A stretch of DNA of 64,000 nt from the human T2T-CHM13v2.0 reference genome, Homo sapiens, in NCBI RefSeq assembly GCF_009914755.1, contig NC_060927.1. The stretch is one strand, 5' to 3'. The notes under the pieces are model-generated. The model was not told where the DNA came from, made no database searches, and saw nothing but the letters and a program-made list of their open reading frames with translations. Shown here one piece after another: positions 31,410-46,760 of this stretch. Both the position numbers and the translations under genes were made by a program. Within the stretch, counting starts at the first letter, position 1; every line of letters starts with the position of its first letter.

Positions 31410-31830
31410 TGTATTAGGTCCCTCTGGCTGCTGTAACAAATGGCTACAAATGTAGTGGCCAAAAATGACAGATTTGATATTTTACAGCTCTGAGTCTGCA
31501 GGGCTGTGTACCTTCCGGAAGTTCCAGGGACAGTCTATTTCCTTGCCTTTTCCAGCCTCTAGAATTTAGAGGTCACCTGCATTCCTTGACTTGTGATTCT
31601 TTCCTTCTTCAAAACCAGCAACATAGTATCTTCTCTCCTCTCTGATCCCCTGCTCCCCTGTTCTAAGGATCCTTGTAATTATATCAAATCTATTCTCTAA
31701 TCCAGGATAATCTCCTCATCTCAAGATTCTTAACTTAATCACCTCTGCAGAGTCCCCTTTGTCATAGTCACAAATTCTGAAGATTAGAACATGGACATCT
31801 CTGGGGAACATTATTCCATCTTCTAAGAAC
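31410..31830 (-). mobile_element. MaLR solo LTR (MLT1C/D-like)
   Basis: TGTATTAG...GCTGCTGTAACAAAT...AATCCAGGATAATCTCCTCATCTCAAGAT...ATGGACATCT. Confidence 0.82.
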
Positions 31831-33349
31831 CACTCTTATCTTAGACATGTCTCTCTTCGTATTTCTGTACTCTATGGCAAACTGCCACCTCTCTCATCTC
31901 TCTTTTCCTGAAAACACTCGGCTGAGCATTTATATGCTTTTGGAAAAATTCTGTCCCTAATTAAACAAAAACTTAACCAGAACTACATGTACCTATTGTC
32001 TGTCAAGAATACTCATGGTAGAGTCATTTACTCAGCTGCTTCCAGAGGAGCAGCTTCAGAGCCTGAGCGCTGAAGTGGTTTATTTGAGGCCACACCCAAG
32101 TGATGGCAGGTGTCCTGACCTCCAAGCCAGTGCTTTCCGTACTGCTCCGTATTTAAAAAGGTGAATGGAGCAGCCTATATTTTCTGCATATAATGTTATC
32201 CCAGGCTTGGGATAATCTCCAGAGGAGAATTAGGCATTTGCCTAGTTGTCTATATGGTCGTGGTCCTTCTAAACATATTTTTTTCTTGCAGGATTTGAGG
32301 GAAGAAAGATGACCTAATCTTGAAAGTCTTCCTAGAGATTTGGCCTCAATAGGAATTTCCTCATCCTGATCTGGAGAAGCCCAATTCTAGCAGAAGTCTC
32401 CTAAATGAACTTGTTCACATTAGTATTAACAAATTGGCTTCCCCAGGGTTGTGCAGGAAAATCTTTAAGTGGATGCATCTCTGTAGCTACTCACTCTGGA
32501 TATGCTAAATAGAGTTGTCCATCTGAGATACTTCCTCCCCAGTCAATAGCTGCAATTTGGATGACTGACTTTGTGCTTCTGGGTTTGGAGCTTATATCTG
32601 AAATTACTTTTGTTTTCTCTATTCTCTGTATCTTTACCCACAGCCAGGCTTCTCTTGTACTTCAGATTTTGCTCTTGTGGGGGCTGGCCACCTGTTTCTT
32701 TGAGATTTATTTCATTGCACCCAAAGGAAATTTCTGTTTTTAAAAGAGTCTGCATTTTAAGTCAGATAATTCCAACTAGACCCTTCAAAATGTCAGGAAC
32801 TGCCATTTCATGTAATACAACAATAAATGGACCAATAGAACTTTAATTTTGTCGATATACGTTATTATACATGCTCCACAAATTTTCAGTTCTCAATAAA
32901 GCCTGACTCCAACACACCCAGCCTCACTCTACTCTTGGCTTTACTGCTCTCAGTACACACCATCTGCAGTGAATTTCTGTAAATATGGAGCACCTAGTTA
33001 ATGTCTGCACTGTGTGTGCAAAATGTAGAGGCAAAAAGAAGAAAAAGATAGCCCCTGCCCTCCAGGAGCTCTCAGGCTGGCCTGCAAGATGGACAAGAAG
33101 TGAGTGACCATCCAATGTGATACAAGGAAGTCTCCCCACTGACCATAAAGATTCCCACTTCTTAGCTCCTCTTCCTGTTTTCCTCACCTTTTTCTCTGAA
33201 GCTATTCACATTTCCATGTTCCTTTGGGACTCAGCTTATATCCCATCTGTCATTAAATGTGTGTTAACCACTGGAGCCTCCTCTTCTCTGATTTCCTGTA
33301 GGACCCTCAACTCAACGTGTATTCGTCAATTGCCTTGTGCAGATTGTTA

Positions 33350-33965
33350 AACACTTGAGAGCTAGGATCTCTTCTTAAAGCCCTCCAATGGTTTTGTATC
33401 GCAAATGAAATGAAATCCAAGGTCCTCAAAATGTCCTCCAGGGCCCTACATAATCTGATGTCTACTTCATCTCCGAGTTCATCTCCTACCACCCTCCTTC
33501 TTGGTTCAGCCACACTGACTTCCTTTCCATTCTTGAAATACATCAAGCTCTCTGTTTTCTCAGGGCCTTTGCACTTGTTTCTTCTATCTGGAATCTCTTG
33601 CCCCAGGTCTTTGCATGACTTACTCTTCATGCTTCCAGTCTCAGCTGAAATGTCATCTTTGCAGAGAGAGGTCCTCCTGGGCCACCTGAGCTAAAAGTGG
33701 CCCTGGCCTCTCTGTGGTCTCTTGTACTCTTTTCCTCATTATCTGCCTATGTATCTGTCTGTGCATCTATCTATGTATCTACCTATCTGTGTATTTATCA
33801 GTCATCTATCTGTGTCTGTCTATCGTCTATGTATCCATCTATTCACTTATTTACTTATTTATTTAGTTTCGAGTAATTTATCTTGATTTGACATTTAATT
33901 GTTTATATTTTTATGTCTGTCTCTTCCCTCTAGACTGCAAACTCCTTGAAGGTAGGAATTTTGTA
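33350..33965 (+). mobile_element. L2 3' fragment containing a degenerate (ATCT)n tract
   Basis: CAGGGCCTTTGCACTTG...CTAGACTGCAAACTCCTTGAAGGTAGG; TATC repeats at about 33740-33845. Confidence 0.75.
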
Positions 33966-34054
33966 TCTAATTATAGATAAATTATCTCTATTTAAAAATC
34001 CTCTTATATTCATTAAGTTAAGGGAAACACGAGTTTAAAATCTACAATATCATA

Positions 34055-34613
34055 TAGTATTTTCCCCTTATCTGCAGGGGCTACCTTCCAAGACCTCCAC
34101 AGTAGATGCTTGAAACTGCATATAGTACTGAATCTTATATATACTTAAAGTTTTTTCCTATATGTACATACCTATGATAAAGTTTAATTAATAGATTAGC
34201 CACAGTAAGAGATTAACAACAATAACTAATATTAAAATAGGATACATAACAGTATTCTAGCATCACTACTATTGTACTTTGGGGCCAGTATTAAGTAAAA
34301 TAAGGATGACTTGAATACAAGCCCTGTAATACAATGTACAGTCGATCTGATAACTGAGATGGCCACCAAGTGACTAAGTGGCGGGGTGGGGGGTAGTACA
34401 GAGTGTGGATACCTTGGACAAAGGAATGATTCATGTCCTGGGTGGGACAGAGTGGGATGGTGTGAGATTTCATTATGCTACTCAGAACAGCATGCAATTT
34501 AAAACTTATGAGTTGTTTGTTTCTGGAATTTTCCATTTCATATTTTTGGACCTCAGATGACCATGCGTAACTGAAACCATGGAAAGCAACATTGTGAATA
34601 AGGGAGGACTACC
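34055..34613. mobile_element. Tigger7/MER44-type DNA transposon
   Basis: TIRs TAGTATTTTCCCCTTATC ... GAATAAGGGAGGACTAC. Confidence 0.8.
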
Positions 34614-35581
34614 ATAATATTAAAATATTAAAATTTAGTTAGGTTTAGAGCTATACTTATCAATGTAGAAGTTCCATGTAGCTCCTTGGAGCCTCAGTCT
34701 TTTACCCAATCAGAGCAGTGAAAATCTCATAAATCATAGAGGATGCAACATAAAAGGTATATTTTTGATTTTTAGTTTGCTTCTTTTTTTTTTTTCATCT
34801 GGCAGGAAAATAGTTGAGACTTTTGACAGTCTGGGAATTTAAAACGTTTTTGGAAAAATAGAGATTTGCATCGCCCAGGAGTGCACTGTTCATTTCTAGC
34901 TTCTGGTGTCTCCTTTGAGGATGGTGCTGCACAGGCCCTCAGGGTACATTTTGGATCCATGGTCCAGAGAATTCTTCTCTGAGGCAGGTTCCTTTCCTAT
35001 CATCATGTCTTTCCGTTAGGAAATCTGAAAGCTAGGAGAACATCTTTCAATGCTAACAGCCCTTGCTCACAAAGGAATGCCAGATGTTGTCTGGTGACTT
35101 TTTAAATGAATATCCAGCCTTCAAGCTATTCAACTGATTAGTGCTTGCTTCTAAACTGTTGAGTTAAAATTTTTCCAGACTGCAAGCTCTTAAGTTTGAA
35201 TGTATTCCTCATAGAGCCAGGTAAGGAACAATTGTTTATGTGAATATAAATATTCAATAATATGTAAAAATATATCAGTTATCACTAATATTCAAGGAAA
35301 TGCCAAGAAAAGGAGATGTTTTCACTTATTGACATGGCAAAGGTTAAAAAAATAAAAGTACTCTTTGCTAGTGGGATGTCAAAGAAAGGATACATCCACA
35401 CAGTGATAGTGGGAATATAAACTGATATAAATGTTTTTGGAAAGTAACTACATCATGTGGAAATTATCAGGTGCAGAAAAAGATTTATTTCAAGGGCATT
35501 AATTGTAATATTACTCACAGTGGTAAAAGTTGGAGACAACCTACATTTCTCAATATGGTGACACAGTTAAATGGATTATCA

Positions 35582-35930
<349 letters not shown>

Positions 35931-36081
35931 GGTAATGTGTAATTACATGAGAAATTACTCAGGATAAATTAAAACAACTACAGCAATAAAAAATATGATT
36001 TAATTTTATTCTCTTCTAAAGGCAGTATGGTAAAATGTTAAAAATGGGGAATCTATGAGTGGTGGGATTAGGAATGATATC

Positions 36082-36153
36082 TATTAGATTGGTGCAAGAG
36101 TAATTGCAATTAAAATTGCAAAAAACCACAGTTACTCTTGCACCAACCTAATA
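36082..36153. mobile_element. MADE1 (Hsmar1 MITE)
   Basis: TA-TTAGATTGGTGCAAGAGTAATTG ... CAGTTACTCTTGCACCAACCTAA-TA. Confidence 0.93.
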
Positions 36154-37663
36154 TTTTTATCTTTTCTGTGGTCAGGATCTATTCCTTTAAAATCAGAAAA
36201 GAATTATGTAACTAAAACCCCAAACAAAACACAGAAGCTCCCAGAATAACGTGCATGCTCCTGTTCCTGATCATGCAGAAATATCCTCGGTTTTTGTAGT
36301 TATGCTTCTACGCATCTCCGTTATGGTGAACTGTTTTAGGGTCTGTAGCCTCCACTGAATTAGATTTGCCTAAATTATCATTAGCTTTCTTTCCACTTTG
36401 GAGATACAATTTTTTAGGCCTAGGGAAAGCTCTTACTTGGTTACAGAATCAGCTTTAAAACAGCAGAATCGAATCACCAGGAGCCAAGAGGCAGGATTCT
36501 CCCAGTTGCTACACAAAGCTCGAGCCAACATCTTTACTGGAAAGATGGAATCTGCCCCTGAAGCAAAGACCTCAGTTTCGTGACATTGGTTTCTAATAGC
36601 TTGGTTTTCTTTCTCCTCTCATTGACTCTCCCAGAGGCAACTAATTGTGTTAATTTCATGGACTGTCCTAAGAATTCTAAGTATCCTCAACAGGTCCATC
36701 TCACAAAACTAGCAAGTAAAAGCACCCACCGGCACCAGGCCACTCTATAGCTACTCTCTCCTGGACTGTGTCTGCTCTCTCACAGCTTGTCAACCATTGG
36801 CCTTCCCCATTCTGCCTCTTGCATGTCCCTTGCCACTACAGCTCCTTTTGCTGAGGTCATCAACAGCTACCATTTTGCTAAATCCAATGAACATATTTCA
36901 AGCCTTCATCTCTCTCACTTGGCCCATCTCAAGCACTCAGTGTTGTTCAAGTCCTCCTTCTTAAAAAGATTTGGATTTCGTCTCACAACAGTGAAAGCCG
37001 TGGGTTGTGTGTGCATGTCCACATGCAAGGTTGACGGTGACCTCATATCATTCTTTTAGGAATAAGCTATTCTGATTTTTTCTTCTTTAGTATAAGAAGA
37101 TTTCAAAAGATCTTCGGAAGGACATGTCCTTTAGAAGATTTTTAATGCTGCTACATTTTCAGTCCTTAACGTGGTTTCTACTACTAGATGAAATCACAGA
37201 GTGATATTTAGATGTGAGTATGCAGAGGACAGTGTGAGTCATCATCAAGAATCCAGTTTGCCATGATGCCTAGAATCTCTTTGCTGAAAGAGTGATCTAG
37301 AAGGGGAAAGAGGTTTAACCTGAAAAAGAAATGGGAAACTCTGCTTGACAAACCTGAACAAGAATAAAAATATTCCTTAAAGCAGAGGGCTAGATGGTTT
37401 ATAAACTTTCAGGTCTATCTGGACTGTTGGGTCATCTTTGCTCTTTGAGTCACGTGTGGGGTTGACCTGTCTGAGACAGTCACTCTCTCAGATCTGAAGC
37501 TCAGGTTGATGACATAAAATCCCTGTGCCAAGCCAGGCTGCTGGACCTGCTACTATTGTTTTATGCCTCCTCCGGAAGAGAGGGCCAAGATGCCTAGTGT
37601 CTCGAACCAGCCCAAGGAGAGGCCATTTTACTATGCTCTGCGTTAAAGAGATCCATGAGGTCA

Positions 37664-38374
<711 letters not shown>

Positions 38375-38854
38375 CTGCATTTTCTATTTAGACATCTGAA
38401 GAGTATTTTAATAAATAAGCCTCCACATTCGGAGCCTAGTATTGAGCGTGCTTAATTTGTATTGCCTGTCATAGGTGAGAGTTGGTAGATCCTCCCTGCC
38501 TGTGATTTGGGTCTGGCCAGGGTCCCCATTCTATTCACTTAGTGAGAAATCTCCAAATAAAAAGGGGTGAACTCCTCTCGGGACACATTACAGGACTGAA
38601 AGAGCCTCATTTTTCTGAACTCTGGGTGTCACTCTGTTGCAAGCAGAAAAAAGGTAAAATAGACACACACACACAGACACACACACAAAAGAGAAGAGCC
38701 TCTTTTTGGGAGGCTAAAAACTGAGAGATTAAAAGGCTATATATCTGAGATCCAAATTATAGTGCTTAAACAAGCCTAGATAATCCTCGCCTAAATAACA
38801 GTGTCACTTATATGATGCTTACTATGTACCTGCCATGATTTTAACTGATTTATA

Positions 38855-39066
38855 TGCAGTTCTTGATTTATGATAAGGTACCTGATAAACCCATCATAAG
38901 TTTAAAATGTCCCAAGTTGAAAGTACATGACTGACTGGGACCTGTGGCTCACAGCCACTTCCCAGCATTGTAGGAGAAGTATGTTTTCTACTGAATGTGT
39001 ATCATGTCTGCACCATAAAAGTGGAAATGTCATTAAGTAGAACCATCTTAAGTTAGGGCTGTCTGT
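38855..39066. mobile_element. Tigger4 (Zombi)-type relic inside a MIR
   Basis: CCTGATAAACCCATCATAAGT...AACCATCTTAAGTTAGGG..GTCTGTA. Confidence 0.7.
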
Positions 39067-39231
39067 ATATTCTAACAACAACCCTGTGAGAGAGATACTA
39101 TTTTTAACCACTCCCAAGGTAAAGATGAGGAAACTGAGGCACAGAGCAGTTAACATTTGTTAAAAGTGACACAGCTGCTGTCAGAGCTGGCACATGACTC
39201 CATTCAGAGCAGATTAGGGACTGGACTGTAG

Positions 39232-39440
39232 GGCAGCACTGTCTAGTAGACATTTTGTGATGATGAAAATATTTTCTGTGCGGTCTAATACAGTGGCCAC
39301 TAGCTACATGTGGCTATTGAACACTTGAAATGTGTCTAGTGCAACTGAAGAACTGAATTTTACATTTAAATTTAATTTTAATTAATTTGAATTTAAATAG
39401 TCACATGTGGCCAGTGGCTATTATACTGTACAGCATAGCT
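39232..39440. mobile_element. MER3 (hAT-Charlie)
   Basis: GGCCACTAGCTACATGTGGCTATTGAACACTTGAAATGTG...CACATGTGGCCAGTGGCTA. Confidence 0.85.
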
Positions 39441-41224
39441 GCAGAGTCTGCGCTTCATAAATTTTAGAAACAACACCAGAAAGGTGTGGTATCCTTTACA
39501 GAAGAGGACATTGGGTGTCAGGCTAGCTGGAGAATTTATCCAAGTCTCTGAAGCTAGCATTGGAAGAGCCAGGATGCCAGCTTCCGTGGCCATGTGCTCT
39601 GGTCACCAGCAGTGAACGCCTCCCCCAACCCCTCTGCCATCTACTCTTGGCTCTTCATCTCTTTCCAAATTGGATCTGAAAGCCTATCTTTTCTCCTTCA
39701 CCCTTATCCAGAGTCTTTTTCCCTTCCTCTATTATTAATGTAGTAACAGGAGAACAGTGGTTGGTGATGAACATCATGCTACATGTGTGGATGATGTGGG
39801 CTGTCCCTGTAGAGTTTAATTGGCCAAATTGGAAGAGCTTAACTTGGTATCAAGCATGTACTCATTCTTAACATCCTTAAGACCTTATCCCAAACTACTC
39901 TTTGCTGTCTCTTTCTTCCTATTATTTTTCCCTCCACCCTACCCTGGTTCTCCCATCACTGGTAACAAAACATATGCCATATAAACAAAAGTGCCTTTGG
40001 CTAAAGGTCCTAAAGTTATAGCCACCTCAATCTTTGCTATTTAATTTTAAGTCTTCTTCTCCTGCCAAGAAAACTTTTCAATTAGGTTCACATTAGCTGA
40101 TATTATTATTAAAGAAAAGATATTTAATTATTTATGGCTTGGGAGACTGTCACTTTTTCCTAAGCACAGTTTTGAATAAACCAACTTTATGTTAACTCAT
40201 AGTAAGCTGAGCACAGTGCCTTGTGGCCAGCAGCCTCCCAAAAACTGTTAACATTTTATGGAGTTGCCTTCCTCTGCTGCCCTTTAATGACTTAGGACTT
40301 ATCTGAGCAGGAAACCCTGCTTTAACCACTGGACATGAACAAAGAAAACAGAAGTGTATCTAACCAAGAAAAACCAAATTGAAATACTGGTCTACCAGGC
40401 AATCCTTTTTGGCATTAGAAGAGAAGAAATTCTGTTACTTTGTCAGCTAGCAGGCTGCCCATCTAATCACAAATGGTGATCTCATCTCAGCTGGAGATGA
40501 AGACTCACCCAGCTCTCAGACAGAAGCAGACAGAATCTAATGTTACCTGGTGGAGAGGAGCACACCAGGATTTCCAGTGACCTGGAAAGTAGGAGTCTGT
40601 TGGAAAGCAGGTTGATAAATGACTGAGGGGAACTTTTTTTAGGACAGTGAAAACTATGCAGAGAAAGGGCATTTGTGTTGGGGTCTCCTTGATGCTTCCA
40701 ATTTCCCTGTGACACACCCTGGACTTGGTAGGTCTCAATGGTGATTGACCCATGCCAGTAAAGCCAACCTGCTGGTACTTAAACTATCCAGAACCTTGAT
40801 ATAGTGTTTCCATTTCCACTGACTTGTTTAACGGGAAAAAGTTTATATGGTGGTATGAACAGAGAAGGAGAAAGAGATAAGAAGGAATTTTATAATTTCT
40901 CAAGATATGAAACCTAGCATTGTACTTTTAAACAGAAGTTCTTCCTGCTCCCAAACAATCAGATCTCCAAGCTGCCTCCTGGAGTAATCCCACTGTCAAC
41001 CCATGCTGGTCCCCTGTGCTCCGACTTTCAGAGCAACTGAGGGGAGGCCCTTCATACTGATGGACAGCTTGCCTTAGAGGGTGATTTGATCAGTCTTTCA
41101 CGTCTCCAGTTATTTTTTTTCTCCCTACAGGGTGCACTTGAATTGGTATTGTTGGTGAGAGCTGTGGCACCGTGAACAACATCACATGCAGGTAGATGAT
41201 GGACAGGTCTTCTTGGTCTGTCAG

Positions 41225-41400
41225 GCCAGTCTCCAAGGGCTCACAGCCCTTATACACATTAGAATCACCTGGGGAGCTTTTAAAAATAATAATGTCCAGC
41301 CATATTTCCAAGAGATTTATATTGAATTGGTCTGAGTGGGAACCTGGCATCAGAGACATCAGAAGCCTTCCCAGGTGATTCTAATGTGCAGCCATGGCTG
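41225..41400. mobile_element. MER5-type hAT relic (similar pieces near 15710, 25300, 42680, 42900)
   Basis: ACATTAGAATCACCTGGGGAG ... CCCAGGTGATTCTAATGTGCAGCC. Confidence 0.75.
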
Positions 41401-41634
41401 GGTCTACCTGGATGGAGATGTAAGATTGTCAAGACACCATACCCCTTCCCCTCTTTCCCTTCCTTCTTCTCCTTTTCCTCTCTCTTCGTTTTCATTCTCT
41501 TCACTGTGTCCTGCAGATTCTATGAGCCAAATAGAGTAGTTTCCACCTTCTGAAGTGGAGGGTTTTGTTTTCTTTTATGAAAAGAAAATATTTTTTATCT
41601 CCTATAAACAAAAAATATATACCAATTGTAAATA

Positions 41635-42030
41635 AAGTCGACCCTTGAACAACACTGGGGCTAGGGGTGCCAACCCCTGTGCAGCCTAAAATCTGCATAT
41701 AACTTTTGACTCTCCAAAAACTTAACTACAAATAGCCTACTGTTGACCAGAAGCCTTACCAACACCATAAATGGTCAACACATATTTTGTATGTCATATA
41801 TATTATATACTGTATTCTTACAATAAAATAAGCTAGAGAAGAAAATGTAATTATTAAGAAAATAATAAGAAATAGAAAATATATTTTCTATTCAGTGAAA
41901 GTGGATCATCATAAATATTTTCATCTTCATAGTCTTTGTGTTGAGTAGTCTGAGGAGGAGGAGGAAGAGGAGGGGTTGGTCTTACTCTCTCAGGGGTAGC
42001 AAAGGTGGAAGAGGTGAAGGAGGTGGAAGA
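41635..42030 (+). mobile_element. Tigger2/MER28-type DNA transposon fragment
   Basis: AGTCGACCCTTGAACAACAC...ATAACTTTTGACTC...AAAACTTAACTAC. Confidence 0.85.
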
Positions 42031-43504
42031 AATACATATCACAAAACTGAGATATTATTTTATGACCTTTTTAAAACCTAATGTATCAGCGATATCACAT
42101 ATCCAAGAGAGTATATGTCATCTGTGTCATCTTAAAGAGCTGCAGGATTGTTCATTTTATGTACAACGATGGTTTAATTGCCTTTTAATGGAAATTGAAG
42201 CTATTCTCATTATTTTTTTCTCATAAGCAATGCTACGGTGGACATATATTTTGCAGACCTGCCTATGTAATTCCTTAGGCTAAGCTCCTTGGAGGGGAGT
42301 TACCAAGTTAATGGGCATGCATGTTTTATGTTCTAGTGCCCTTTGCCAGACTGCCCTCTCAAAAGATTGTGCCAGTTTCACCACTCTTCAGTAGAATATG
42401 TCTTTGCCCATTTCCATATGAAGAAGTATTAATTTTTCATCAATCTTGGTAATCTTTGAATTTGGCAGCTCCCACAAAATAAAAATACATTTGTGCAATA
42501 TGATTTAAGCTACATTTACCAAGTGCCTTATATGTGCTGGGAGCTAAGGATACCAGAACAGATAAGCCAGGACTCTTCCTTCAAGGTTCTTTCAATTCTC
42601 CTACCCAGTGCTTCTAGGTATTTTAACAGACATTAAAAAAAAAATCACTGGAAGTGGAGCCTGTGGCTTAAATAAATAAACACAAACCCACCTGGGAATC
42701 TTGTGAAAATGCAGTTTCTGCCTCCTTAGGTCTAGAATGGGGCCTGAGATTCTACTAAGAAGCTTCCAGAAGATGCCTCTACCTGTGCTGCAGTTGGTTT
42801 GCATCTAGCAGTGAGGCTCTGCCCCACCTCTGGGTCTTCACAGTAGCTGCTGCTTCTGTTTTATTCTTCCCCACTCTTTGCCTAGCTTAGTTGTTCCCAT
42901 GCCTGGCTGCACTTGAGAATCAACTGGGAAACTTAACAAAATAAAAGCACAGATGCAGCTCCTCAGGCTCTTTCATGGAGCTTCTGAGTCCACATCTCTG
43001 GGAGTGGAATTCAAGAATCAGTATTTTAAAGAAAACCGTTAGACCATATTTTTGCAATTCCTGGTTAGGCTGCTCTGACTAACCCTTCAGGTCTCACTCT
43101 GAGCATCACTTCTCATCTGTGAATGAGTTTAGATCCTATGTCACCACTATAAACTTTTATTATAGCACTCTGCACTTTTCCTTTGGAGCACGTTATGTAA
43201 TAAATTAATTAATTGTGTCATTATTCATTAGAGTCTGTGTCTCTTTTAGTTTCTGAGTTCCATGAAGGCAGAGTGTGTCTGTTGTGGGCACTGTAGTGTC
43301 CCTGATACCAAGTCAGGATCTGCTGGTAAGTAGGTGGCACTTGGGACATAGAAATAAATAAATGAATAGACATAAAACACTATAAATATTTTCACATTTG
43401 ATTATCATGAGTCTGTAAGACAGGAAATGTAGGCATTAATATCCTCATCTTACAGACACAAAAAGAGAGGTTTGGAGAGAGAGAAAGTGACTAGTTCAAT
43501 ATAA

Positions 43505-43890
<386 letters not shown>

Positions 43891-44823
43891 TAGCTCTTAT
43901 ATAAGCCCAAGCTGAGGAAGTTTGTTTAAATATCGCCAGTGTGACACTTATGACCGCAGAAATTAAAAATGCTAACAGTTAGAGCTACCCGATGCCCTGG
44001 GGAGAGGCACTTTGCTTGAACAGTGACACGAAGATTGCATCCTTTGAGAATAAACAATGGTTCCCCAGGTCACCTCCACATTTTACTTTTTTAACATAAG
44101 CAGGGGAGAAAACATATCTAGATCAATCAGCTAAAAATCACCTCTCAAACCATGGAGGCATGGGGAAACTGAATGACAGTGAGGATGGAAAGCAATTTAA
44201 ACTCTTTACAAGTAAATCTTTATAATTCCAGGGGCAGAGGTCTGATGGGTGAAAGCTTTAGTCTAGGGAAATGCCAAAAGCTGTGGCTGCTGTGGTTTTA
44301 TCTGTTTGTAATTTTATGTGCAGAGGGGAAAAGAGGAAGACCCTGAGCTATAATTAAATGATGGTTGTGATTGGACATGTGTGTGTAATGAAGGGTTGAC
44401 CTGAAAATAAGTCAGTGGTCCTCAATTCTATTAGCCTTAATGCCACCTTTTTAACAGCACACGTTGCATTATAAATGTGATGGGGCATTCTGCCCATTTC
44501 TAAGCTGAAATGAAGTTCATAGATAATATAACCAACCCACAAACATTATTCAAGAAAAATCAATATAGTGCACTTACTATAATATGAAGAAGAACTAGAA
44601 GGCAATTAATTTGTAGTAAAAAATACTCTTTAAGCTGTAAATGCACAAGAATGATATAATGAAATACTTAAACTTGCATCTATGCATAGAGTCACTGAGA
44701 TCTCAATAGCCATAAACCGTAAAGTGTGGGTGTTGGTGATTCAAATACTACTGCACAGGGTTTGTGGTGAAGTGGTTTTTTGAAATGGTAAACGACTCTT
44801 GTAATCTTTCAAACTAAACCTAA

Positions 44824-45160
<337 letters not shown>

Positions 45161-45214
45161 CATCTTTCCTTGATTTGTATATTGGTTGCCTTTCTGAAAA
45201 ATTCAGCACATATA

Positions 45215-46760
45215 TTTTTTAAAAGCGAAGTGTAATCCACATACTATAAAATTCATCCTTTTAAAGTATATATTTCAGTGTTTTTTTAGTACAGTATATT
45301 CACAGAATTGTGAAACTATCACACTGATTTAATTTTAGAACATTGTAATTACCCCCTCAAAAATCCCATACCCATGAGCAGTTACTCTCCATTGCTCCTC
45401 CCCCAACTCCTGGTGACCACTAATCTACTTTCTTTCTTTATGGATTTGCCTATGTTGGACATTTCACATAAATTCAGTAATATTATATGTGGCCTTTTGT
45501 ATCTGGCTTCTTTCACTTATCATAACGTTGTCAAAGTTCATCCATGTTGTATCACATATCAGAACTTCATTTCTGTTTTATGGCTGAATAATATCCCATT
45601 ATATGGCTATACCATATTTTGTTCACTCATTCATAGTATTCAGTTGATACCATTTGGATTGTTTCCACTTTTTGGATATTATGAATAATGTTGCTGTGAG
45701 CATTCGTGTACAGATTTTTGTGTGGACATTCGTTTTCAGGTCTCTTGGATACATACTGGGAGTGGAAGTGCTGTGTCATATGGCATCTCAATGTTTAACA
45801 TTTTCAGGAACTGCTGGACTGTGTTCCAAGACAGCAGCACCACTTTGCATTCCCACCAGCAATGGATGATTTCAGTTTCTCTACATCTTCCTCAATATGT
45901 GTTATTGTTAATCTTTTTAAAATTACAACCATCCTAAAGGGTGTGAAGTTGTATCTCATTGTGGTTTTACTTTTATTTCCCTAATGACTAAAGATCTTGA
46001 GCATCTTTATCGGCCATTTGTACATACCTTTGAAGAAATATCTATTCAAATCATTTGCCCATTAAAAATGGGTTATTTCTCTTTTTATTGTTGAGTCATA
46101 AGATTCTTTATATATTCTGGATTCTAAATCCTTCTCAGATATATGTGTTGCAATATAAACCATTCTGTGCTTTTCCTTTTCACTTTCTTAAAGATTTCAT
46201 TCTTTTCACTTTCTTAAAGGTTTCATTTGAAGTGCAAAAGTTTTTTGGATTTGAAGTAGTCTAATTTATCTATTTTTCCTTTTATTGTTTATGCTTTTGA
46301 TATCATATCTAAAAAACGTATTGCCTAATCCAAAATTACAAAGATTTATGACTATATTTTCTTCCAAGAATTTTATTGTTTTAGCTCTTATGTTTTGGTC
46401 TTTAATCCATTCTGAGTTAATTTTTGAATAACAACTGAGGTAAGGGTCCACCTTCATTCTTTATCATGTGTGTATCTAGTGGACTCAGCACCATTTGTTG
46501 AAAATACTGATCTTTTCCCTACTGAATTGTGTTGGTGTCAAGACAATTGGTGTCTTAGTGTCAAGACAATTCAATAGGAAAAATAAGAGTCTAGAGATAC
46601 ACTCTTACATTAATAAGTTTAATAAAACTTAAAACAAAATTAAGAGTCCAGAAATACACCCTCACATTGTTGGGCATTGAGATCAGTTGCCTAACAATGT
46701 AAGGATGTATTTGTGGACTCTTAATTTTATTCCATTGATCTACATATCAATCTTTATAGC
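45215..46760 (-). mobile_element. Old L1M (L1MB-like) 3' fragment
   Basis: Degenerate ORF2 peptide MKVDPYL...[23 protein letters not shown] (46266-46457) plus L1M 3' UTR motifs. Confidence 0.9.
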
